Source: Candidatus Aminicenantes bacterium
Lineage (GTDB): Bacteria; Acidobacteriota; Aminicenantia; UBA2199
Direction of reading: 5' to 3'
Assembly: GCA_963759765.1 (NCBI GenBank)
Contig: CAVXAL010000003.1
Location: 423,804-487,803 of the forward strand
DNA length: 64,000 bases
Shown here: piece by piece, positions 1 through 9,878 of the stretch
Layout: the number at the start of each line of letters is the position of its first letter
Numbering within the stretch: position 1 is the stretch's first letter
Made by a program: the position numbers and the translations under genes
The notes under the pieces: model-generated
The model's database searches: none
The model's input: the letters and a program-made list of their open reading frames with translations, nothing else
What the model was told of the DNA's origin: nothing

Positions 1-810
1 AACCCCGAAAACCGCTCGCAGTCTGCCACCTGCACGTTCCGCGTGCACGGCAAACAGCCGGAACTGTGGGATGCGGTCAGCGGCGATATCCGCGACCTTC
101 CCGAGTTCACGATGAAAGGCGGTCGCACGACCGTGCCCCTGGACTTCGAACCGCTTCAGTCGTTTTTCATCGTTTTCCGGAAGCCGGCGGTCGGAACGAA
201 AATATCGAGCCCGAATTTTACCCCGCTCGAAATTTCAACCGAACTGAGCGGTCCCTGGGAAGTCTCGTTCGACCCGGCCTGGGGAGGACCGGATGAGGTC
301 ACCTTCGCCGGCCTTGAAGACTGGAGCCGCCGGCCGGAACCGGGCATCCGCTATTATTCAGGCCTGGCGACCTACCGCAAAACATTTGACCTGACGGTTC
401 CGCTGGTCGTGAAATCCCGCTCCGGCGCCAGCCCTCGCCTCTGGCTCGACCTGGGAACCGTGAAAAACATTGCCCGGGTGCGCCTCAACGGTCAAGACAT
501 CGGTGTGGTCTGGTGCGCGCCGTGGCGGGTGGATGTCACCGGCCGGATCGAGCCGAAGGGCAACTGCCTCAAGATCGAGGTGGCGAACCTCTGGCCCAAC
601 CGGCTCATCGGCGACGAACAGCTGCCGGCCGACTGCGAATACGGCAGAGGCGGCAACCTGGCCCGCTGGCCGGATTGGTTCCTCCGCGGCGAGCCGCGCC
701 CGTCGCGGGGTCGCTACACCTTCACGACCTGGAAGCATTTCAACAAGGATTCGCCGCTGCTGCCCTCGGGCCTGCTGGGGCCGGTCCGCTTCCTGCGGCA
801 GGCAAGGTGA
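1..810 (+). CDS. Glycoside hydrolase, C-terminal fragment (5' end lies outside the window); paralog of the enzyme at 59622..62990
   Basis: Frame 1 is open from base 1 to the stop at 808-810 (the ORF track lists 43..810). The translation aligns with the C-terminus of the 1144-aa ORF at 59556..62990. Shared strings include 'GRTTVPL', 'LWLDLG.VKN.A.V..NG', 'NLW.NRLIGD' and 'SPLLPSGLLGPVR'. Confidence 0.8.
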   Translation, partial: NPENRSQSATCTFRVHGKQPELWDAVSGDIRDLPEFTMKGGRTTVPLDFEPLQSFFIVFRKPAVGTKISSPNFTPLEISTELSGPWEVSFDPAWGGPDEVTFAGLEDWSRRPEPGIRYYSGLATYRKTFDLTVPLVVKSRSGASPRLWLDLGTVKNIARVRLNGQDIGVVWCAPWRVDVTGRIEPKGNCLKIEVANLWPNRLIGDEQLPADCEYGRGGNLARWPDWFLRGEPRPSRGRYTFTTWKHFNKDSPLLPSGLLGPVRFLRQAR

Positions 811-826
811 GCGTGTCGCCGCCGGA

Positions 827-2230
827 TTAAATTCCCATGCTTAAATATTCATGCATTGAACGGGCCGCGATGCGGCCGGCGCCCATGGCCAGGATGACGG
901 TGGCCGCCCCGGACACGATATCGCCGCCGGCCCATACCCGGTCTTTGGAGGTTTTTCCCGTTTTTTCGTCAACCATGATGGTGCCGCGCTTGCTGATTTG
1001 AAGATCGGGCGTACTTTTGGGGATCAAGGGATTGGGACTGTTGCCGATGGCCACAATGCAGGCATCGAAGGGTGTGACAAATTCAGAACCTTCGATGGGA
1101 ATCGGTCTGGGTCGGCCGGATTGATCCGGTTCTCCCAGCTTCATGCGTTGGCATTCGATTTCTTTCAGCCAGCCCTGGATGTCCGCGATCAGCTTGACCG
1201 GCAGGGTGAGCATTTGGAAAATGATCCCTTCCTCCTCGGCGTTTTCGACTTCCTCCAAGCGGGCCGGCAGTTCTTGCCGCGAGCGGCGGTAAATGATGTG
1301 CACCTCTTCGGCGCCCAGGCGCATGGCGGTCCTGGCGCAGTCCATGGCCACGTTGCCCCCGCCCACGACGGCGACTCGGCGATGTTTCTTGATCGGCGTG
1401 GAGGAGTCGGGAAAGAGAAAACCGCCCATCAGATTCATCCGCGTCAGATATTCGTTGGCCGAATAGACCCCGTTAAAATTCTCGCCGGTCACATTCATGA
1501 ACCAGGGGAGACCGGCTCCGGACCCGATGAAAACGGCGGCGAATTGTTCCAACAGCTGATCCAGTGATCTGATCTTCCCGACCACATAATCGGTAACCAG
1601 TTTCACTCCCAGTTTCTGGATGTAATTGATCTCGCGGCGCACCACGGCTTTGGGCAGACGAAATTCAGGGATGCCGTAGGTCAAGACCCCTCCGGCTTCG
1701 TGCAATGCCTCGAAAATGGTCACGTCGTGACCCAGCAGGGCCAGATCTCCGGCCACTGTAATACCGGCGGGCCCCGATCCCACCACGGCGATTTTTTTCC
1801 CGGTCCTGTTTGCCAGCGGCGGGATTTCGATCTGGCCCTGAGTGGCTTCCCATTCAGCGGCGAACCGTTCCAGCCGTCCGATGGCCACCGCAGCCCCTTT
1901 TTTACTAAGGATGCAGATTTTTTCGCACTGCTCCTCCTGGGGGCAGACCCGGCCGCAAATGGCCGGCAAGCAATTTTTTCCTTTCAGGATGCGAATCGAA
2001 CCGGCGAAATCCTGCTCGGCGATTTTTTTAATGAAAGCGGGAATGTTGATTTCCACCGGGCAGCCTTCCACGCAAATCGGTTTTTTACACTGCAGGCAGC
2101 GCCGGGCCTCCGCCACAGCCAAATCCGCCGTATAGCCCAGCGCGACTTCCCGAAAATTCCGCCTGCGGATGTGAGGCGGCTGCTTGGGCATCTCGCGGCG
2201 CTGCACATCCAGCTTTTTGATCTCGCTCAT
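827..2230 (-). CDS. nfnB: NfnB / GltD-like NADPH-dependent FAD oxidoreductase (glutamate synthase small-chain family, 2x[4Fe-4S])
   Basis: ORF 827..2248. The N-terminal Cys clusters are 'CLQCKKPICVEGCP' and 'CGRVCPQEEQCEKIC'. There are two dinucleotide folds, 'VVGSGPAGITVAGDLA' and 'VVGGGNVAMDCART'. I prefer the ATG at 2230 ('MSEIKK') because it forms an ATGA overlap with the stop of the upstream gene (2227-2229). Confidence 0.8.
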   Translation of the reverse strand: MSEIKKLDVQRREMPKQPPHIRRRNFREVALGYTADLAVAEARRCLQCKKPICVEGCPVEINIPAFIKKIAEQDFAGSIRILKGKNCLPAICGRVCPQEEQCEKICILSKKGAAVAIGRLERFAAEWEATQGQIEIPPLANRTGKKIAVVGSGPAGITVAGDLALLGHDVTIFEALHEAGGVLTYGIPEFRLPKAVVRREINYIQKLGVKLVTDYVVGKIRSLDQLLEQFAAVFIGSGAGLPWFMNVTGENFNGVYSANEYLTRMNLMGGFLFPDSSTPIKKHRRVAVVGGGNVAMDCARTAMRLGAEEVHIIYRRSRQELPARLEEVENAEEEGIIFQMLTLPVKLIADIQGWLKEIECQRMKLGEPDQSGRPRPIPIEGSEFVTPFDACIVAIGNSPNPLIPKSTPDLQISKRGTIMVDEKTGKTSKDRVWAGGDIVSGAATVILAMGAGRIAARSMHEYLSMGI

Positions 2231-3063
2231 AGTTCCCTGCTCCCGCAACCGGCATTATGAACCAGAAAGGCTTCCTCGTTTACATACTGTTTCCGCCTTT
2301 TTAACAGTTCTTCCCAATCCACTTGGCGGCCGTCAAAATCCGGGCCATCCACGCAGGCGAAACACATCCGGCCGTTGACGGTCACCCGGCAGACGCCGCA
2401 CATCCCCGTTCCGTCGATCATGATCGGGTTGAGACTGACGATGACCGGGACATTGAAACGAGCCAGTTCGCTGGACACTTTGTAAATCAGAAACGTGCAG
2501 CCGTTGGCGAAGATGCGCTGCGGGACAATGGCCTCTTCCCTTAAGATGTCGGCAATCCGTCCGGCATGCCCTCGGGCTCCGGAACTGCCGTCCCGGGTAA
2601 TCGTGAATAAGCGCTGGCAGTAGGGGGCGATTTTTTCCTGCCAGTACAAAAGATAGCCGCTGCGGGCCTCCATGAAGACTATGACTTTGTTCCCCCGCTC
2701 ATGAAGGGATTTGATTGTCGGAAACAGGGAGCCGATGCCGTAGCAGCCACCAATGCAGACCACCGTTCCGAATGTTTCTATTTCAGTGGGTCTCCCCAAT
2801 GGCCCCACCACGGTGGGGATGATGTCCCCGGCCTTCAATGCTGCCAGCTTTCCCGTGGAGGCTCCCACTTCCATGAAGATGATCGACAGCGTGCCCGCCG
2901 TACGATCCCAATCCGCTACCGATAACGGCAACCGTTCCGAACGGGGATCGGAGCGGACAATGACGAATTGGCCCGGCTGGATCGCCTGGGCGATCTCCGG
3001 TGCCTGGACGGTCAGGAGGTGCAGGTTGGGAACAATCATCTTTCTTTCCGTTACCTCAAACAT
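2227..3063 (-). CDS. nfnA: NfnA / PyrK-like ferredoxin-NADP(+) reductase subunit (FAD plus [2Fe-2S])
   Basis: This is the part of ORF 2227..3207 that starts at the internal ATG at 3063 ('MFEVTERK'). That ATG follows a GGAGG (reverse complement of 3067-3072). The fold looks PyrK/SudB-like ('RLPLSVADW', 'CIGGCYGIGSL'), with a C-terminal cluster 'GMCGVCRVTVNGRMCFACVDGP'. The 48 codons upstream of this ATG are Arg/Ser-rich junk that overlaps the preceding gene. Confidence 0.8.
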   Translation of the reverse strand: MFEVTERKMIVPNLHLLTVQAPEIAQAIQPGQFVIVRSDPRSERLPLSVADWDRTAGTLSIIFMEVGASTGKLAALKAGDIIPTVVGPLGRPTEIETFGTVVCIGGCYGIGSLFPTIKSLHERGNKVIVFMEARSGYLLYWQEKIAPYCQRLFTITRDGSSGARGHAGRIADILREEAIVPQRIFANGCTFLIYKVSSELARFNVPVIVSLNPIMIDGTGMCGVCRVTVNGRMCFACVDGPDFDGRQVDWEELLKRRKQYVNEEAFLVHNAGCGSREL

Positions 3064-5425
3064 GATTCCTCCCTGACCGGGAATTTTCCTTTTTTTTACG
3101 GGCGAGCGGAACGATCTGGATCGGGTGCGGGTTGGGTGTAAACGCGAACGTTCTGGCTGACGAGGAAAGATACGCCATTCCCCGCGGGATGAATTTCCGG
3201 ATGTCAACGGGGAGTGTTTTTGATTGTTGTTTGGATTTTATTTCCACGGTATCGCCGCTGGCAATGCCCATTTCATCGGCATCCCCGGGGCTGAGGATAA
3301 GGGTGTCTTCGGGAGCGATTTCGTTCATACCCGGGATGATCCGGCTCAGGCTGAGCTGATGATACAAGTGCCCCGTTTTTCCCTGGATCAAGACGAAATC
3401 GGAGTTCATTTTCATTTGTTTGATTTTTCCAGTTGCGGCTCGCTGCCGAACGCGTGCCGGCCGGATGATGCTGGCCTGTTCCGGAATGAGCCGGGATATT
3501 TCTGCCGGGTCGAATGAGATATCTTCACGGCCCATGGCCTGGGCAATCTGCGAAAATATCGCTTGCTGAGTCCGCACCGTGTCGGGGGGAGTGACGGCGG
3601 CGGCAAACTTTTTCCGGATTCCCGATCCGGTATAATAGGAGCCCGAGATTTCGCCGAATGTGGCGGCGGGAAGGATCAGGTCTGCCGCCAGAGAATCTCC
3701 GGGCGGGAACACATTCTGATAAATGAGCGATTTTACCGCGGGCCTGGTTTCGAAAGGGCTGTCACAAACAAGATAAAGGGTATCAATCTTCCCTGCGGCG
3801 ATGAGCCGGCCGACCTCCTCGTTCGTTTGCCAGGGGATCAGAGAAAGCAATCCGGCCAGATTGCCGTAGGGATGGACGGTGAACAGCCGGGCTCGGGTCA
3901 TGTCCATGATTCTTTCAAGCAGCGGCAGGAGCTGGTCGGCTGCACTCAGATTCAATATCTCGGTCCCCAGGATGATCAGCGGAGAGGATGCGGCTTTCAG
4001 ATAGTCGGCGATTTTTTTTATTTCCCGAGACCCGCCTTTCCCTTTTTCAACATGGCGCAGGAGGTCTTCGAAAAATTGCTTCTCTCGTCCGGCCGGGGGT
4101 ACGTGTTGAAGGGTGGCCCAGCGCGACGTCGTGTCTTTGATCCAGCCGATCTGCAGGTAAGGGATGCCCTTTTCGGCAGCGCGTTTGCTGGCCAGAGTAA
4201 GAGGCGCATACCCGTGGTTCCCGTTGACAAAGATTGAAATCAGCAAATCGGACTTTTCTATTTCTTCCAGGGCAAGGCTTTTACTGGCGAGGGATAAGAA
4301 AGAGATCAATTTTTGATCGAGGGCCGAGGACGTAAAACGGGGTGGGGCACTGCAGACCTTTTGAAAAAATTGTTTGGCCGCGGCCATCTCTTCCAGCGTC
4401 AGGTCCGGAGAGAGATAAACAGCCATTTTATTGGCCGCGGTGTCTTTCAATATCTGGCTGGCTTTCTGGAAAGCTTCCGGCCAGGAAACGATTCCCATTC
4501 CTTCCGGGAAACGGAATCGGGGTTCCTGAAGGCGCCGGGGATGGTTCGTCCACTCGCTCAGACAAAAACGACCTTTAACACACAATTCTCCTCCCGCTTG
4601 ATGGGGATCTCCTGGCGGCAGTGTGCCGACAATCTGGTTTTCTTTGCGGGCAATCTGGATGTCACAATTCAGGCTGCACAACGGGCACACCGAGGGTTGG
4701 AATTCCTTGGCCACGCCCTGCCACTTTCTGCTTTTTTCCGCCATCGCTCCGCTCGGACAGACCGTCACGCAGGCGCCGCAAAATTCACAGTTGGCCTGCA
4801 CATGGGTTTGCTCAAACGCCGGTCCGATGGAGGTATAGCGGCCCCTCTTTTTCAGGGTGATAACGGCGCTCTTGCGCTGTTCCTGGCAGATGCGCACGCA
4901 GCGGCCGCAATAGATGCACAGGTTGTAATCACGGTCAAAAAAGGGATCGGCGGTTTCCACCGGCAATTGGCGATAATATACCGGGAACGTGATCTCCTCT
5001 ATTTTGAGCGAGCGGACCAGTTTTTGTATTTCGCAATCGTCATCCTTTGGACACCAGCGGCAGCCGGTGGATACGCCCACCTTGCGGATGGTTTGCTGAA
5101 AATCAAGGCACTCGTCGGCTTCCGAGCAGATCAGGCAGGCTGACGGGTGTTCGCTTAAAATGAGCTGGAGGATCTCCAGGCGCATTTCCTGGAGTGTCTT
5201 GGTCTGGGTGCGGACGACCATTCCTTCCTCGGCCAGGGTGGTGCAGGCGGTGGGATAGCCGCGCATCCCTTCCACTTCCACGATGCATAGCCGGCAACCG
5301 CCGTAGGGAGTTAATTCCGGATGAGAGCACAGGTGAGGGATATAGACATCGTGTGCCTCGGCGGCCTGCAGAATCGTGCTGTTTTTTTCTATTTCCAGCA
5401 AGCGATTATCGATGGTGATGGTCAT
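3056..5425 (-). CDS. NuoG-like Fe-S subunit: [2Fe-2S], a His-ligated [4Fe-4S], 2x[4Fe-4S] and a molybdopterin-oxidoreductase-fold domain with no recognisable catalytic residues
   Basis: Intact 789-aa ORF. Motifs are 'CSHPELTPYGGCRLCIVEV', 'HPSACLICSEADEC', 'CIYCGRCVRIC', 'CEFCGACVTVCP' and the Mo-Fe4S4-type 'CPLCSLNCDI...CVKGRF'. The C-terminal barrel reads 'LILSPGDADEMGIASGDTVEI'. I saw neither H-cluster motifs nor an FdhA-like Cys/Sec-His active-site motif. Confidence 0.75.
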   Translation of the reverse strand: MTITIDNRLLEIEKNSTILQAAEAHDVYIPHLCSHPELTPYGGCRLCIVEVEGMRGYPTACTTLAEEGMVVRTQTKTLQEMRLEILQLILSEHPSACLICSEADECLDFQQTIRKVGVSTGCRWCPKDDDCEIQKLVRSLKIEEITFPVYYRQLPVETADPFFDRDYNLCIYCGRCVRICQEQRKSAVITLKKRGRYTSIGPAFEQTHVQANCEFCGACVTVCPSGAMAEKSRKWQGVAKEFQPSVCPLCSLNCDIQIARKENQIVGTLPPGDPHQAGGELCVKGRFCLSEWTNHPRRLQEPRFRFPEGMGIVSWPEAFQKASQILKDTAANKMAVYLSPDLTLEEMAAAKQFFQKVCSAPPRFTSSALDQKLISFLSLASKSLALEEIEKSDLLISIFVNGNHGYAPLTLASKRAAEKGIPYLQIGWIKDTTSRWATLQHVPPAGREKQFFEDLLRHVEKGKGGSREIKKIADYLKAASSPLIILGTEILNLSAADQLLPLLERIMDMTRARLFTVHPYGNLAGLLSLIPWQTNEEVGRLIAAGKIDTLYLVCDSPFETRPAVKSLIYQNVFPPGDSLAADLILPAATFGEISGSYYTGSGIRKKFAAAVTPPDTVRTQQAIFSQIAQAMGREDISFDPAEISRLIPEQASIIRPARVRQRAATGKIKQMKMNSDFVLIQGKTGHLYHQLSLSRIIPGMNEIAPEDTLILSPGDADEMGIASGDTVEIKSKQQSKTLPVDIRKFIPRGMAYLSSSARTFAFTPNPHPIQIVPLARKKKENSRSGRNHV

Positions 5426-7297
5426 TTGCCCTCCCGGGTGCGGATCACGATGGCATTGCCGGCGATGGCGTCAAAACGGCAAATTTCAAGGCAGGCGCGG
5501 CATTTGATGCATTTGAAAATGTCCAGGTTATGGGGTTCGGATCGCGGTCCGGAAATTGCTCCGGTGGGGCAGACACTGACACAGCGTTGGCAGCCGGTGC
5601 ATTTTTCGGGGATGACGTAGTATTCAATGAGCGAACGGCAGACCAAAGCCGGGCAGTACTTGTTGAGCACATGCTCGACGTATTCATTTCTGAAGTAACG
5701 CAGGGTGGTGATGACCGGGTTGGGAGCGGTCTGCCCCAGGCCGCACAGGGAGGTCGATTGGATGGTCTTGGCCAGGGATTCCAGTCGTTTCAGGTCATCG
5801 ATCTCCCCCTGGCCGTTGCAGATCTTTTCCAGTATTTCCACCATATGGCGGGTGCCGACCCGGCAGGGGGTGCATTTCCCGCAGGATTCTTTCTGAATAA
5901 AATTCAAAAAATACCTGGCTATGTCAACCACACAGGTATCGGCGTCCATGACGATCAATCCTCCCGACCCCATGATAGAACCAGCCTGGGCGAGAGTTTC
6001 ATAGGTCAACGGTGTCTCTAGAAATTCTTCGGGGAGGCAGCCGCCGGACGGGCCGCCGGTTTGCACGGCTTTAAATGCCTTTTGGGTCCCGCCACCGATA
6101 TCGTGAATGATTTTTTTTAAAGGCGTGCCGAGGGGGACTTCGATGAGTCCGGTGCGGCGCACCTTGCCCACCAGAGAAAACGTCTTGGTTCCGGGATTTC
6201 CGTCGCTGCCGTACTGCCTAAACCAGGCCGAGCCGTTTCGGAGAATAGGGGGATGGTCCCAGGGTCTCCACGTTGTTGATGACGGTGGGATTGCCGAAGA
6301 GTCCGGATGTGGCCGGAAAGGGGGGTTTGGTCCGCGGCATGCCGCGTTTTCCCTCGATCGATTGGATCAATGCTGTCTCCTCGCCGCACACAAATGCGCC
6401 CGCCCCTTCTTTGATTTTCATATTAAATGAGAAACATGACCCCAGAATGTTTTTCCCCAGCAAGCCGGTTTCTTTCATTTGCCTGATGGCGATTTTCAAG
6501 CGCTGGATGGCCAGTGGGTATTCGGCGCGGATATAGATGTAGCCCAGTGAAGCCCCGATGGCATAGCCGGCGATCAGCATACCTTCCAGAACGGCGTGGG
6601 GATCTCCTTCCAGCAGGGAACGGTTCATGAACGCCCCGGGGTCCCCCTCGTCGGCATTGCAAATGATCTGTTTCGGGCTGCCGCTGGCATTTCTGCAGAT
6701 CTGCCATTTTTTCCCGGTGGGAAAACCGGCGCCGCCGCGCCCCCGCAACCCGGACCTGGTTATCTCGTCGATGACCTCTTGCGGAGAAAGAGAAAGGGCT
6801 TTCTGCAAACCGCTGTAGCCGTCCTGGGCCAGGTAATGGTTGATGTTTTCGGGGTCGATGAAACCGCAATTTTTCAAAACGATGCGCACCTGGTTTTGGA
6901 ACATGGGCTGGTCGAAAAAATGGGGGAGATTGTCAAACGGTTTGTCGCCAAAATGTCCCACCGCATACGCAGGTGTGTATTCGCCTTTGAGCAGGTGCTT
7001 TTCGATAATTATTTTGGCCTTGACCGGATTCACATTGGCATAGGAAATACGGGGATTTCCCCGAGCGGCGACATCCATCAATGGTTCCAGGTAACAGGGC
7101 CCGATGCAACCCACTTCCATTAACCGGGCAGGCACCTTGTGCTTTTTAAGGGTGGAGATAATCGCATTCTTGACTTCCTCACTACCCGCCGCCCTGCCGC
7201 AAGAGGCCGTGCCGAGATAGATCAGGGGAACATCTTGACGATGCAGGTCTTCCCACTCCGCCTTGCTCTTATTTATCCATTGCTGCAAGTTAGTCAT
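5422..7297 (-). CDS. NuoF/HydB-like flavoprotein subunit (N-terminal thioredoxin-like [2Fe-2S], FMN/NADH site, [4Fe-4S], C-terminal 2x[4Fe-4S]); one frameshift near 6250
   Basis: The fragments are 6218..7297 and 5422..6171. The first carries '[13 protein letters not shown]' and '[10 protein letters not shown]' and ends '...NNVETL'. The second carries '[10 protein letters not shown]', '[12 protein letters not shown]' and '[11 protein letters not shown]'. Reading 6250-6170 in the third frame gives '[43 protein letters not shown]', which bridges the two fragments. A single indel near 'ETLG' therefore splits the gene. Confidence 0.8.
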
Positions 7298-7754
7298 ATT
7301 TCTCCAACAGCTCCTTTAGTTTGATCACAGCCATATTGCCGTAAATGCGCTCATCCACCTTGACCACCGGGGCCAGGGCGCAGCAACCGAGGCAGGCGAC
7401 CGCGTCCAGATCAAATTTCCGGTCAAGGGTGCATTCCCCGCTTTTGATTTCCAAATGCCTTTCCAGGGCCTCCAGAAGAATGTTTCCTCTGCGCACATGG
7501 CAGGCTGTTCCCAGGCAAACCGTGACGGTATGACGCCCCTTGGGGACGAAACGGAACTGGGCATAAAAAGAGGCCACCCCATAAATTTCATTTTCGGTCA
7601 TCTTCAGATAACCGGCGATTTCATCAACCAGCGTTGGGGAAAGGTAGCCGAATTCCTCCTGAACTTTCTGCAGAATGGGGATTAAACTTCCCGGTTCGAT
7701 CGGGAATTCTTGGAATATTTTATCCAGTTGCAGCCGCTCGTTTTCCATGTCCAC
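7290..7754 (-). CDS. NuoE/HydC-like thioredoxin-like [2Fe-2S] ferredoxin subunit
   Basis: 154 aa. The cluster ligands lie in '[12 protein letters not shown]' and '[12 protein letters not shown]'. Its stop overlaps the start of the HydB-like gene by 8 nt. Confidence 0.85.
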   Translation of the reverse strand: MDMENERLQLDKIFQEFPIEPGSLIPILQKVQEEFGYLSPTLVDEIAGYLKMTENEIYGVASFYAQFRFVPKGRHTVTVCLGTACHVRRGNILLEALERHLEIKSGECTLDRKFDLDAVACLGCCALAPVVKVDERIYGNMAVIKLKELLEKYD

Positions 7755-7778
7755 GCTCCGTTGGTCATTGTTGCTTAT

Positions 7779-9041
7779 CTATTTTGAAAAAAAGATACAT
7801 TCCGTCACGTCGGCTTCTCCCCGGGCGCAATCTTCGGCGAACGTGGCGCAGTCGGGCGAACCGCACAGGCCGCAATCTTTCTGGGGAAGTTTCATCAGGA
7901 TCCGTTCTTTTTGTCTCAATTTCTTAATGGCAACCGCGATATCGCCATCGATGGCCCGGGTGGGACGGGGAAGAATGGGATGTTCCATGAAATAGTATTT
8001 GCGCTGATATTTCTTGTATATGGCCTTTTGGTCCAGTTTTTTGGGAATAGCATAGGTTTTTTCCATCAAAATGGAATTGTACCGGGCGATATAAGGATTT
8101 TCCACGCAGTAGGCGCCAGCCACGCATCCCTGCATGCAGGCCAGTGCTTCAATGAAATCGACGCTGCGCAGTTTGGAATTTTCGATGTCGTCGAAGATTT
8201 TTTTGACATGACTGATGCCCGCCACCGACAGGCAACGCTCCGGGCCCAGCACCCGAGACAGATTACCCAGTATCCCCCAGTCTTTGTCATAATAAAACGT
8301 TTTTCCCGGGGGTGGGCCGGTGTTTTTCTGAATTTTGAAAATTTCCGGTAAGAGAACATTAAAAATTTCTTTGATGGGAATGGCCCCGTCAATCCAGGAG
8401 CGCTCTTTTTCAGCCGGTTGCTTGATGGAAACTATTTTGGCTGGGCACTGGGAGATATAGATGATCCCAATTTTATCTTTTTTGATGCCTTTCTTTTTGG
8501 CAAATAATTGCTTGGCTTCTTTGGCCGCTATTTCAAGCGGCACATCAAAAGGTTCGATGAGATTGACCAGGTTGGGGTACTTCACCTGCAGATAGCGAAC
8601 GATGGTCGGGCAGTATGAACTGATCAACGGCCGGACTTTGTTTTGAGTTTTCAGGTGGTGACGCATGACGAATCCCAGTTCATGGGTGACGTCGGTGTAA
8701 TCCACCACCTCGTCGAAGCCGATGTTTTTTAGCGCCTGATGAATAATTTGCGGGCGGATGTCCTGCCCGAATTGGGTATACAGGATGGGGGAAGGAAGGG
8801 CAATTTGATAGGAGAACACATTGAAATCCTCTTTTTCATCACTCTTGGGAACAAAAACCTGTTGCCGGCACGCATTGATGCATTCACCACAGTCAATGCA
8901 GAGGTCATTGAGGAACGTGACTTTTCCCTGCTTGACCCGGATGGCCCCGGTGGGGCAGACACGCAGGCACTTCATCCTGGCCTGGCATCGTTCTTCGATT
9001 ATCTGATGGGCGTGATAAAAAAAATGGGTCGTCGCACTCAT
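7779..9041 (-). CDS. [FeFe]-hydrogenase-like (HydS-like, putative sensory) Fe-S protein
   Basis: 420 aa with an N-terminal 2x[4Fe-4S] ferredoxin ('CLRVCPTGAI', 'CIDCGECINAC'). The H-cluster-like motifs are 'SSYCPTIV' (L1 with a single Cys), 'SQCPAK' (L2) and 'EALACMQGCVAG' (L3). The C-terminus carries 'CGLCGSPDCATFAEDCARGEADVTEC'. Its start forms an ATGA overlap with the upstream stop (9038-9041). Confidence 0.7.
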   Translation of the reverse strand: MSATTHFFYHAHQIIEERCQARMKCLRVCPTGAIRVKQGKVTFLNDLCIDCGECINACRQQVFVPKSDEKEDFNVFSYQIALPSPILYTQFGQDIRPQIIHQALKNIGFDEVVDYTDVTHELGFVMRHHLKTQNKVRPLISSYCPTIVRYLQVKYPNLVNLIEPFDVPLEIAAKEAKQLFAKKKGIKKDKIGIIYISQCPAKIVSIKQPAEKERSWIDGAIPIKEIFNVLLPEIFKIQKNTGPPPGKTFYYDKDWGILGNLSRVLGPERCLSVAGISHVKKIFDDIENSKLRSVDFIEALACMQGCVAGAYCVENPYIARYNSILMEKTYAIPKKLDQKAIYKKYQRKYYFMEHPILPRPTRAIDGDIAVAIKKLRQKERILMKLPQKDCGLCGSPDCATFAEDCARGEADVTECIFFSK

Positions 9042-9865
9042 GGCTTGACGAAAAATTTCATCTCCACGTGGGTTCCCTTGCCCACTTCCGAGGTGATGTG
9101 GAGAATATCCGAATTCTTTTTGATGTTGGGGAGCCCCATGCCTGAGCCAAATCCAAGGGATTGCTGCTCTTCTGTGGCCGTGGAGAAGCCTTCTTGCATC
9201 GCCTTTTCAATATCGGGTATGCCTTTGCCTTCATCATCGATGGTGATGGCGATTTCCTGATCGCTGGCTTTCAGCACGACCACCCCTCGCTGGGCATGCA
9301 TCACCACGTTCATTTCGCCCTCGTAGGTGGAGATGGCCACCCGTCGGACCATCAAGTGGTGGTAGCCGATAGAATTCAAGATACTTTTGATTTCGGTCGA
9401 AATCATGCCCGCTTTGGTAAAATCGCCGCCTTCGATTTTGAATTGATGGGTGGCTACATCCTCTTCTTCTTTTTTTAGGCTGAGGACTGTTTCGGAGTCG
9501 GGGAGCAGTTGCCCGTCGATCTGGGCAATTTTTATGCAGGCTTCGTACATGTCCGCCTTGGTGGTTAAAATGATCAAACCTTTTTCCTGGGCAAACTTCC
9601 GGATGTCCTCCGTGGGTTTTTTCCCCCTCAGGAAAATAATGGCTTTGAATTCGGCCATGTAGGACGATATGGCCGTTTGGATGGCATTCATGCCGGTTAA
9701 TAAAACCGATCCGGTTTTACCGTAAGCCAGCACATCGCTCATTAAATCGGAAGCATAAATGCCGGTGACATGGGTTCCCAGCAGGTTTTCGCCCACAATG
9801 ATCTGGGCCTGCAGGGATTCCTGGATGCGTTGAATGGTCAGTTGATGAAGATGCTTTTCAGGCAT
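9038..9865 (-). CDS. DRTGG-domain protein fused to a GHKL ATPase (RsbW-like Ser/Thr kinase/anti-sigma-type)
   Basis: 275 aa. The N-terminus is DRTGG-like ('ASDLMSDVLAYGKTGSVLLTG'). The C-terminus has ATPase boxes 'EMNVVMHA', 'DDEGKGIPD' and 'GFGSGMGLPN'. Confidence 0.7.
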   Translation of the reverse strand: MPEKHLHQLTIQRIQESLQAQIIVGENLLGTHVTGIYASDLMSDVLAYGKTGSVLLTGMNAIQTAISSYMAEFKAIIFLRGKKPTEDIRKFAQEKGLIILTTKADMYEACIKIAQIDGQLLPDSETVLSLKKEEEDVATHQFKIEGGDFTKAGMISTEIKSILNSIGYHHLMVRRVAISTYEGEMNVVMHAQRGVVVLKASDQEIAITIDDEGKGIPDIEKAMQEGFSTATEEQQSLGFGSGMGLPNIKKNSDILHITSEVGKGTHVEMKFFVKP

Positions 9866-9878
9866 GGACCGAATTTGT

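Noticed and set aside
3056-5425. Calling the 789-aa Fe-S/molybdopterin-fold protein a formate dehydrogenase alpha subunit or an [FeFe] hydrogenase HydA.
   Set aside because: I found no H-cluster motifs (TSCCP / MPC..K / E.M.C..GC), and no Sec/Cys-His active-site motif at the expected position. I call it only NuoG-like.
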